32,000 nt of DNA, taken from NCBI RefSeq assembly GCF_005080765.1, contig NZ_CP033012.1:2783-34782 (forward strand), given 5' to 3'. The position numbers and the translations under genes are program-made. Shown in pieces: positions 15,595-24,626 of the stretch (position 1 is its first letter; each line of letters starts with the position of its first letter). The DNA is from Buchnera aphidicola (Anoecia oenotherae). GTDB taxonomy: Bacteria > Pseudomonadota > Gammaproteobacteria > Enterobacterales > Enterobacteriaceae. The notes under the pieces were generated by a model that did no database searches, was not told the origin of the DNA, and saw only the letters and a program-made list of their open reading frames with translations.

Positions 15595-16068
15595 ATATAT
15601 TTAAACAAATTTAAACTATATTTTCATATATCTATCTATAAAATGTACAACTATTTAAATATTTAAAATATTTTTTTAAACGTTTACCTATATAAATCAA
15701 AATTTTATCTACGTTTTTAAAATAATTATTTTATATAGTAATATACATATTTATTTTTTACAATGTAAAATTATTTATTAACATAAAACATTATTTACAT
15801 ATTAGTAAAAATAATAATTAATAATAATGTTTTATATTAAAACAAAATTTAAAATATGTTATTAAATAATAACTTTCGTTTCTTTTCGACTATTAATGAT
15901 AGTTATTATTTTTATTAATTACTTAATAATTCAAATTAAATTTTTATGTAATTATTGATATAATCCATTATATGTAAGTATATGCAGTATACAAATCATT
16001 CTTTTATTTTATATAAAAAATAAAATTTATAATTATAAACATAAAAATGTTTCACAAAATTTAAAAAA

Positions 16069-16141
16069 TGCCCGAAGGCGGAATTGAACCACCGACACGG
16101 GGATTTTCAGTCCCCTGCTCTACCGACTGAGCTATTCGGGC
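16069..16141 (-). tRNA. tRNA-Phe (anticodon GAA), 3' CCA not encoded
   Basis: The reverse complement reads GCCCGAATAGCTCAGTCGGTAGAGCAGGGGACTGAAAATCCCCGTGTCGGTGGTTCAATTCCGCCTTCGGGCA. It is near-identical to E. coli tRNA-Phe (GCCCGGATAGCTCAGTCGGTAGAGCAGGGGATTGAAAATCCCCGTGTCCTTGGTTCGATTCCGAGTCCGGGCA). The acceptor stem pairs 7/7, and the anticodon loop is CT-GAA-AA. The bases after the discriminator A are TT, not CCA. It stands out as a G/C island in an A/T spacer. Confidence 0.95.
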
Positions 16142-16326
16142 TATGTAATATATAACCATTAAACATGCTTACATGTCAATTAATAAATTTAAAATTTAAC
16201 AATTTTTTTTAAATAACTGTTTTTAAGAAAATAATTTTTTTATTTCTGAATTATTCTATCCATGACAATATTATTAAACTTCTTTTTCAAAAAAATATAT
16301 TTTTTTATATAAAATTTTAAAAACTA

Positions 16327-16355
16327 CTTGAAAGTTTAATTTAGAATCCATATAT
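16327..16355 (+). promoter_or_regulatory. Sigma-32 (heat-shock) type promoter for groES-groEL
   Basis: The site reads CTTGAA (16327-16332), 13 nt, then ATCCATAT (16346-16353, continuing to ..AT at 16355). The E. coli groE heat-shock promoter reads CTTGAA, 13 nt, CCCCATTT. It lies about 80 nt upstream of the groES ATG. rpoH (sigma-32) is intact in the same window. Confidence 0.6.
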
Positions 16356-16436
16356 CTACATTAGACATAAAGTATGTTTTAATAACATTTAATATCATTT
16401 AAAAATTTGGTAACACTATAGAATAGGAGAAAAAAA

Positions 16437-16727
16437 ATGAACATTCGTCCATTATATGATCGAATTATAGTGAAACCTCAAGAAATCGAATCAAAATCAG
16501 CAGGTGGAATAGTTTTAACAGGATCAGCAGCAGGGAAATCTACTAGAGGAAAAGTTTTAGCTGTAGGAAAAGGTAAAATATTAGATAATGGAAACTTACA
16601 AAAACTAGAAGTAAAAGTTGGAGATACTGTTATTTTTAACGAAGGGTACGGATCCAAAACTGAAAAAATTAATAATGAAGATGTATTAATTCTAAATGAA
16701 AGTGACATATTAGCAATTGTAGAATAA
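16437..16727 (+). CDS. groES: Co-chaperonin GroES
   Basis: The ORF is 96 aa. [13 protein letters not shown]......[24 protein letters not shown] and [14 protein letters not shown]...[12 protein letters not shown] match E. coli GroES (97 aa). A strong AGGAG SD is present. Confidence 0.98.
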   Translation: MNIRPLYDRIIVKPQEIESKSAGGIVLTGSAAGKSTRGKVLAVGKGKILDNGNLQKLEVKVGDTVIFNEGYGSKTEKINNEDVLILNESDILAIVE

Positions 16728-16813
16728 TTAACGTATAAAAATTTATACAATAAAACCAAATTTTTATTTAATTAAAATATTTTTATATTTTACATAACAT
16801 GTAAAACAAATAA

Positions 16814-18484
<1,671 letters not shown>

Positions 18485-18490
18485 TTATTT

Positions 18491-18549
18491 CTCGTTCTCA
18501 ACCAATATTGATATATAAATACTACATATATTGTTGAGAACGAGTTTTT
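18491..18549 (+). terminator. Rho-independent terminator of groESL
   Basis: CTCGTTCTCAAC (18491-18502) pairs perfectly with GTTGAGAACGAG (18533-18544). The stem is extended by AATAT/ATATT (18504-18508 / 18528-18532) and followed by TTTTT (18545-18549). It starts 6 nt after the groEL stop and is the strongest hairpin I see in the window. Confidence 0.85.
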
Positions 18550-18599
18550 AATCTTTTACATATTTCCACACGATAAAAAATCCTTAGGATTATTAATAA

Positions 18600-19166
18600 A
18601 TGTCAGAAAATTATACAGCTAAATTTAAACAAGGCACTAAAATAGTTTTAAATAATGAACCATACATAATAATTAATAGCACATTTGTAAATCCAGGAAA
18701 AGGACAAGCATTCGTTAGAATAACACTCAAACAACTTTGTAATGGAAAAAAAATAGAAAAAACTTGTAAAAATACTGATTCATTACCTATTGCTAACATA
18801 AAAAACATTATAGTATATTATTTATACAAAAATTATAAATCATTATTTTTTATGGAAAAAACTAATTTTGAAGAATATTCAATAGATAGAAAATTATTAA
18901 AAGAAAATGAAAAATGGATTATACCTGAAACAGAATACCAAGCTACCATTTGGAACGAAAAACTTATTACAGTAATTCCGAATAATTTTATAAATTTATA
19001 TGTTGTTCAAACTAGTCCATACTATAAAAAAAAATCTATTACTTCAGGAAATAAATTAGCAAAATTAAATACAGGAGCAACTATCAAAGTTCCATTATTT
19101 ATTAAAACAGGAGATAAAATTAAAATAGATACTAGAAGTTCTCAATATGTTTCAAGAATAAAATAA
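18600..19166 (+). CDS. efp: Translation elongation factor P
   Basis: The ORF is 188 aa, the same as E. coli EF-P. The modified-lysine loop is conserved (NPGKGQAFVRITLK vs E. coli KPGKGQAFARVKLR). The C-terminal part shows G.TIKVPLFI..GD.IKIDTR...YVSR. Confidence 0.93.
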   Translation: MSENYTAKFKQGTKIVLNNEPYIIINSTFVNPGKGQAFVRITLKQLCNGKKIEKTCKNTDSLPIANIKNIIVYYLYKNYKSLFFMEKTNFEEYSIDRKLLKENEKWIIPETEYQATIWNEKLITVIPNNFINLYVVQTSPYYKKKSITSGNKLAKLNTGATIKVPLFIKTGDKIKIDTRSSQYVSRIK

Positions 19167-19243
19167 TAATTGATATAGAAAAAATAAAAATATGTTTATT
19201 TTCTATAACATTTTTTTATTTTATGTAAAATAAAAAAATGAAA

Positions 19244-19984
19244 CTAATATTTTTTCTCATTAACAAACTGTCTATAACTATCCCATTCAAAGTTTAACCA
19301 TAATCCATTACCTAATCTCATTCTATCTATTACTCTCTCTCCTAAAAGCTGCTGCATTCCTCTATAATCTAAATTAGATAACATACCAGTAGAACGTTTT
19401 GAAGAAGATCGTCTATCCACAATTTGATTAATAATTACTTTTTCATATCTTGATTCTATTTGCATTCCTATTTCATCAATCATTAACAGATCTACAGTAC
19501 TTAAGTTATGTAATAAATTTTCTTCAGTAATCCTACTATATCCATTGAAAGTTCCTTTCATATTTGACATTAAATCCGCTACAGTTACAATAAGAACTGA
19601 TTTTCCACTTACAATCAAATAATTACCTATAGCAGAAGCTAAATGATTTTTTCCGGTTCCAGGTCTTCCTGAAAATATAAAACTAGCTATGTTTTTATTA
19701 AATTCTTCAGCATACCGTTTAGCAGCAACTAAAACTCTTTTATGCCCGTCATGTTCAACTTGATAATTTTCGAAAGAACAATTAATATATAGTTCTCTTA
19801 TTCCAGATTGAATTAAAGCTTTTTTAAATCTTAACGTATTATTCCTTTCTAAAATTGTATTAGAAGACAAAATTCCTTCTTTTTGATTCCAACAAAATAG
19901 TTCCTTATCAGTTTTAAATTTAGGTTTTACATGTTCAGGTACTATCTTTTTTAATCGTGTCAAAAAACTAATATTCTTTTTCAT
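19244..19984 (-). CDS. dnaC: DNA replication protein DnaC (helicase loader)
   Basis: The ORF is 246 aa, against 245 aa in E. coli. It has Walker A GRPGTGKNHLASAIGN (E. coli GKPGTGKNHLAAAICN) and the Walker B-like LLMIDEIG. Its ATG overlaps the dnaT stop (TAATG at 19986-19982 on the minus strand). Confidence 0.93.
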   Translation of the reverse strand: MKKNISFLTRLKKIVPEHVKPKFKTDKELFCWNQKEGILSSNTILERNNTLRFKKALIQSGIRELYINCSFENYQVEHDGHKRVLVAAKRYAEEFNKNIASFIFSGRPGTGKNHLASAIGNYLIVSGKSVLIVTVADLMSNMKGTFNGYSRITEENLLHNLSTVDLLMIDEIGMQIESRYEKVIINQIVDRRSSSKRSTGMLSNLDYRGMQQLLGERVIDRMRLGNGLWLNFEWDSYRQFVNEKKY

Positions 19985-20541
19985 TATTTTTCTCTAAAAC
20001 CAATTGGAACCTCATTGCTCAAATAAGACTCTTTTTCAAAAATACTTTTTTCTTTTTTTTCTAATATAAAACTCTTATTCCTGCTATAGTCTAAACTTTG
20101 TGCTAATTTTTGCTGCCACTGTATATGGTAAAAATAACGTCCTTCTGCTTTCCAATAAGAAACAAAAAAAGATAATTCTGATTCCGTGACAGGAGTAATC
20201 AGATTAATTCCCCAAATTAGCGATTTTTTTATAAAATTGTCATCAGGAACCCACTCATCGTACATTTTAAATTTTTTTTCAACTGTAAAAAAAGGCACAC
20301 TTTTCTTTTTTTCAAAATCTATTAATAATTTTTTACTGTTTCTTACTGACTCTGAAAAATACTCTTTATATGTTATAGATACTAACTTATTTAACAAACT
20401 AGCAGAAACTACATACATAATCGGTTTATTTTTTTTTATTTCAACAATACCCGATTCATTTCCCAAACGTAAATATTTTTTAGGATCTTTACAAAAAAGT
20501 TCAAATGTTACTATATTTGACACAATCAAATTAATTGACAT
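19984..20541 (-). CDS. dnaT: Primosomal protein DnaT
   Basis: The ORF is 185 aa, against 179 aa in E. coli. The C-terminal half matches E. coli DnaT closely: KF.MY.DW.PD..FI....LWG..L..PVT..EL.SF..YW.AEG..F.H.QWQQKLA.SL, ending P.GFR. An AGGAA SD is present. Confidence 0.9.
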   Translation of the reverse strand: MSINLIVSNIVTFELFCKDPKKYLRLGNESGIVEIKKNKPIMYVVSASLLNKLVSITYKEYFSESVRNSKKLLIDFEKKKSVPFFTVEKKFKMYDEWVPDDNFIKKSLIWGINLITPVTESELSFFVSYWKAEGRYFYHIQWQQKLAQSLDYSRNKSFILEKKEKSIFEKESYLSNEVPIGFREK

Positions 20542-20575
20542 CTAATATTCCTATATAAAAACTAATCTTTTTAAA

Positions 20576-21172
20576 TTAACAACGAATATATAAGCTATAT
20601 ATTACATTTTTAGATACTTTATTCTTATATAAAATCCAGCAGTTTGGTATAATTAAATTAGTATTAATATTTTCTCGTTCTATATATATATATGACTTTT
20701 TTTTTAACCAATTATATTCCTCTAATAAATTTATTATCATTTGAACTAATCCTTGATAAAAAGGAGGATCAACGAAAACAATATCAAACTTTTTTTTTAT
20801 ATTTCTTTTTCTTAACCAAATGGTAGAATTAATACAAATTGTTTTTATATTACTTATTGAAATTAATCGCAAACATTTTTTTATATTATTTACTAAATTT
20901 TTATTAATTTCAAGAGATGTAACGCTCTTTGCTCCACGAGATACAGATTCTATACTCAAGGCTCCAGTTCCAGAAAAACAATCTAAACAAACAGAATCTT
21001 GAATAACTATATTTAACCAATTAAAAAGAGTTTCTCGCATATTACTAGTCGTCGGTCTTAAATTATACGAAAACGAAGGTAGTTTAATTATTCTAGAACG
21101 GAATTTTCCAGAAATAATTCGTATTTTTTTAGGATATTTTTTAAAATTTTTTAAAATTTTTAATTTTTTCAT
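20576..21172 (-). CDS. rsmD: 16S rRNA (guanine966-N2)-methyltransferase
   Basis: The ORF is 198 aa, the same as E. coli RsmD (YhhF). It carries IRII.G.(F/W)R.R....P....LRPTT...RETLFNWL......CLDCF.G.GAL..E..SRGA and the catalytic (I/V)FVDPPF. It is divergent from ftsY, as in E. coli. Confidence 0.9.
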   Translation of the reverse strand: MKKLKILKNFKKYPKKIRIISGKFRSRIIKLPSFSYNLRPTTSNMRETLFNWLNIVIQDSVCLDCFSGTGALSIESVSRGAKSVTSLEINKNLVNNIKKCLRLISISNIKTICINSTIWLRKRNIKKKFDIVFVDPPFYQGLVQMIINLLEEYNWLKKKSYIYIERENINTNLIIPNCWILYKNKVSKNVIYSLYIRC

Positions 21173-21260
21173 AAAATACTTTAAACATATAAATTATTAA
21201 ATATAAAATCTTAAATGTATCCCATATAAAATAATAAATCTATACTACATAAGGATATTT

Positions 21261-22535
21261 ATGTCTAAAAAAAACTATAATAATTTTTTTTCTTGGTTAT
21301 GGTATAAAAAAAAAAAAAATAATAATAAACCAGAAGAAAACCAAAAACAAAATAAACAAGAAGAAACAACAAAAGATGGAATAAAAATTTCAAAAAATAC
21401 GATTATTATAAAAAAAAGAAACAAAATAACAGAAAATGAAATAAAAAACAAAAATATACAAAATTTAAATAATAATAATCAAAAACAATCAATACAACTT
21501 ACTCAACCCTCTAATAAAACATTAGATAATCAAAAACAAAAACTATCTACTACATCGCTGAATAATAACATTTATAAAAGTATAAAAAATAAAAAAAATG
21601 AACACAGATATAATAACGTATTTCAATCATTACAATTTTCTTTAAAAAAAACAAAAAATTATTTAGAAAAAAAAATAAAAAAAATTTTCTTTTCTAATCA
21701 AGAAAACAATCATTTATTCGAATCCATTGAAGAAATGCTATTATTATCCGATTTTGGAGTAAATACTACTGCTAATATTATTAAATCCTTAAAAAAAGAA
21801 ATACATAAAAATAATACTGCTGATAAATCTGAAATTTTTCTTATTCTAAAAAAAATTCTACTAAATATTTTGAATAAATCTTCAGAAAAAAAAACAAAAA
21901 TAAACCAAAAAAAACCAAAAATAATATTAATAGTAGGAGTTAATGGAGTAGGGAAAACTACTACTATTGGAAAATTAGCATATAAATTAAAAAAATCAGG
22001 AAATTCAATAATGTTAGCTGCAGGAGATACTTTTAGAGCTGCAGCTGTAGATCAATTACAAATTTTTGGAAAAAAAAATAAAGTGCCAGTTATTTATAAT
22101 AGAATAGGAACTGATCCTTCTGCAGTTATTTATGACTCTATTCAAGCTGCAAAAGCAAAAAAAATAGATGTTTTAATCGCCGATACTGCAGGCAGATTAC
22201 ATAACAAACAACATCTTATGGAAGAATTAAAAAAAATCATTAGAATAATAAAAAAATATAATCTATCATCTAGCCCTGAAATTACTTTAGTAATAGATGC
22301 ATGTAGTGGACAAAATACACTACAACAAGTGAAATTATTTAATAATACAATTAATGTTAATAATATTATCGTTACTAAGTTAGACGGAACAGCAAAAGGA
22401 GGAATTATATTTGCTATATCTGATCAATTCTCTATTCCTATTAATTATCTTGGATTTGGAGAAAAAATTTATGATTTACAAGAATTTAATAAACAAAAAT
22501 TTATTGAATTTTTATTTGAAAAAAATAAAAATTAA
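21261..22535 (+). CDS. ftsY: Signal recognition particle receptor FtsY
   Basis: The ORF is 424 aa. The NG domain is clear: LFESIEEMLLLSDFGVNTT..II..L, the G1 motif ILIVGVNGVGKTTTIGKLA, MLAAGDTFRAAAVDQLQ.(F/W)G, DVLIADTAGRL.NK.HLMEELKKI and TKLDGTAKGG.IF...DQF.IPI.Y.G.GE.I.DL. The N-terminal 120 aa are low-complexity K/N/Q but begin with the FFSWL motif. AAGGA SD is present. Confidence 0.95.
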   Translation: MSKKNYNNFFSWLWYKKKKNNNKPEENQKQNKQEETTKDGIKISKNTIIIKKRNKITENEIKNKNIQNLNNNNQKQSIQLTQPSNKTLDNQKQKLSTTSLNNNIYKSIKNKKNEHRYNNVFQSLQFSLKKTKNYLEKKIKKIFFSNQENNHLFESIEEMLLLSDFGVNTTANIIKSLKKEIHKNNTADKSEIFLILKKILLNILNKSSEKKTKINQKKPKIILIVGVNGVGKTTTIGKLAYKLKKSGNSIMLAAGDTFRAAAVDQLQIFGKKNKVPVIYNRIGTDPSAVIYDSIQAAKAKKIDVLIADTAGRLHNKQHLMEELKKIIRIIKKYNLSSSPEITLVIDACSGQNTLQQVKLFNNTINVNNIIVTKLDGTAKGGIIFAISDQFSIPINYLGFGEKIYDLQEFNKQKFIEFLFEKNKN

Positions 22536-22692
22536 CACTGATTTTTTTAAAAATACTTTTATTTTTTCAAAATTTATAAATATAAAAAATTATTTCTTTA
22601 ATACATCAATTCGCAATGTGCCAAACAAAACTATAAATATAGTGTATTATTATACTTATATAAAAAACTATTAACTATCTAAAAAATACTAT

Positions 22693-23547
22693 ATGACAAA
22701 AAAATTTACACTATTATCAAATCCGAATCTAGGTAATCTTGATTCTTATATTAGATCTGCTAACTTGTGGCCTATGTTATCATTACAAGAAGAAAAAGAA
22801 TTATCTAAAAAATTTTTCTATCTTAAAGATTTAGAAGCTGCAAAAATTTTAATTTTATCTCATTTAAGATTTGTTATTCATATTGCTAGAAATTATTCTG
22901 GATATGGATTACTTCAAGCAGATCTAATACAAGAAGGAAATATTGGTTTAATGAAATCTGTTCGAAGATTTAATCCAGAAATAGGAGTCAGATTAGTGTC
23001 TTTTGCAGTACATTGGATAAAATCTGAAATACATGAATATGTATTACGAAATTGGAGAATAGTAAAAGTAGCTACAACAAAATCTCAAAGAAAACTATTC
23101 TTTAATCTTAGAAAAAATAAAAAAAGGCTAGGTTGGTTTAACTCTAAAGAAATAGAAATAGTAGCCAATGAATTAGGTGTAAGCGTGGAAGATGTAAAAG
23201 AAATGGAATCAAGAATGTCTGCACAAGATGTAGCGTTCAATACTCTACCTGAAGAAGAATACGGTGATATAAAAACAAAATCTATTCTTCCTCATTTAAA
23301 AGATAATAGTTCTAACTTTGCAAATACAGTAGAAAAAGATGATTGGGAAAAACATGCAGTAAACAAATTAAGCAATGCTCTTTTAAAATTAGACGAACGT
23401 AGTCGATATATTATTCATGTAAGATGGTTATATGAAAAAAAATTAACATTACAAAAAATAGCTAACGACTATGGTATATCAGCAGAAAGAGTTCGACAAC
23501 TCGAAAAAAATGCTATTAAAAAGCTAAGAAACGAAATAAAAGACTAA
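22693..23547 (+). CDS. rpoH: RNA polymerase sigma-32 factor
   Basis: The ORF is 284 aa, the same as E. coli RpoH. It carries L..YIR.AN..PML...EE.EL......[86 protein letters not shown] (the RpoH box) and the C-terminal helix-turn-helix [21 protein letters not shown]. Confidence 0.97.
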   Translation: MTKKFTLLSNPNLGNLDSYIRSANLWPMLSLQEEKELSKKFFYLKDLEAAKILILSHLRFVIHIARNYSGYGLLQADLIQEGNIGLMKSVRRFNPEIGVRLVSFAVHWIKSEIHEYVLRNWRIVKVATTKSQRKLFFNLRKNKKRLGWFNSKEIEIVANELGVSVEDVKEMESRMSAQDVAFNTLPEEEYGDIKTKSILPHLKDNSSNFANTVEKDDWEKHAVNKLSNALLKLDERSRYIIHVRWLYEKKLTLQKIANDYGISAERVRQLEKNAIKKLRNEIKD

Positions 23548-24626
23548 AAGACACCACAATTATAAATTTTAATGTAGAAAAAAATAATAAAACACACATA
23601 TTCCATTTTATTATTAATAATAAAATAATAAACGATTTATAAATAAAAAGTAAATTAGAGTTAAATTAATAAAACATAATTTATTATGTTTTATATAAAT
23701 GTGTAAATAACTACATTTATGTATTTATATATTTAATGTAATTATATATATCAATATATGATTAATATGTATTGTATATTTTAGACAAAAATCTATTTAT
23801 TTTAAATTAAAAAATTTACATTTTTTAAACTAAAATTTATTTAACTTTATAAATATATATATAAGTTAACTAATTTCTTATTTATAATTAATGATACATA
23901 TATACAAAAATATATAAAAGTTAAAAATAAAAATTTTACATTTCATAAAACAATTAATTAATATGTAAAAATAAAATTACGTTTAAATGTATAATTAAAC
24001 ATTAATTATACAACTATATAATATTTACTTAATTGTTTACATTAATATCCAACATATATGATCAATCAAGTTACTTGTATCTATTCTTTATAAAAAAACG
24101 TATTACTACTTTTTACAATGTTTAACTGCTTTATTTTTTTAACTAAACGTAAATAATTTTCTTAAATTAGTTTTTTTTATTAACTAGTATAATTTATACA
24201 ACTACTAAAACATTTTATTTTTTTTTATTTTTCACTATTAACTTTAAACTATTAACTATTAACATACGTTAATATACATATATTGTAGATGTAAAATGTT
24301 TTTTTAATTTCTTCTAAAACACTACATGTATATGTAATAGATTATATCATTTTATTAAAAAAATATTAATTCCTCAATAATTAAAATTAATTAATATTAA
24401 TTTAATCACTTAAACAAAAAGAATAGAAAATTATATAATCTATAATATAGACTTTTTTAAATTATATCTAATACGGAATACTAAAAATATATTAGTACTA
24501 ACAATAAATAAACAAATTAAAAATTAATAAAACTATATGTATAATTTTTAATTATTAAAAATTTTTTTTATTATAAAAATCTTTATTATAGAAGAGTAAT
24601 ATCATAAAAAATTAAAAAGGAAAAAT

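Noticed and set aside
15865-15910. 9-bp inverted repeat AATAATAAC ... GTTATTATT with a 28-nt loop in the mnmE-tRNA spacer.
   Set aside because: The stem is almost A/T-only, the loop is long, and no T-tract or neighbouring gene end gives it a role. Chance is the likely explanation in this composition.
16478-16759. 93-aa minus-strand ORF overlapping groES. Similar shadows occur at 18262-18501 (in groEL) and 18611-18808 (in efp).
   Set aside because: They are antisense to genes with unambiguous homology and have no independent signals.
19174-19218. Hairpin TATAGAAAA / TTTTCTATA followed by a T7 run in the convergent efp/dnaC gap, as a possible terminator.
   Set aside because: The stem has a single G:C pair, and the T-run is separated from the stem by 4 nt. 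It is too weak to call, although its position between convergent genes is suggestive.
20186-20545. 119-aa plus-strand ORF opposite dnaT. Similar cases are 20820-21002 opposite rsmD, 27273-27617 opposite purH, 10427-10720 opposite dnaN, 8067-8362 opposite gyrB and 29548-29772 opposite rpoC.
   Set aside because: All are antisense shadows of well-supported genes. The products are F/I/L/K low-complexity sequence expected from translating A/T-rich antisense strands.
22411-22674. 87-aa plus-strand ORF overlapping the ftsY 3' end and running into the ftsY-rpoH spacer.
   Set aside because: It is out of frame with the conserved FtsY C-terminus. The rest is I/N/K/F/Y low-complexity translation of spacer. 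It has no SD and no recognisable similarity, including none to FtsE or FtsX.
24234-24262. Short tandem-like repeats (ACTATTAAC three times) in the rpoH-metE spacer, as a possible regulatory array.
   Set aside because: The repeat is imperfect and low-complexity A/T with irregular spacing. It is indistinguishable from slippage-generated microsatellite-like sequence.
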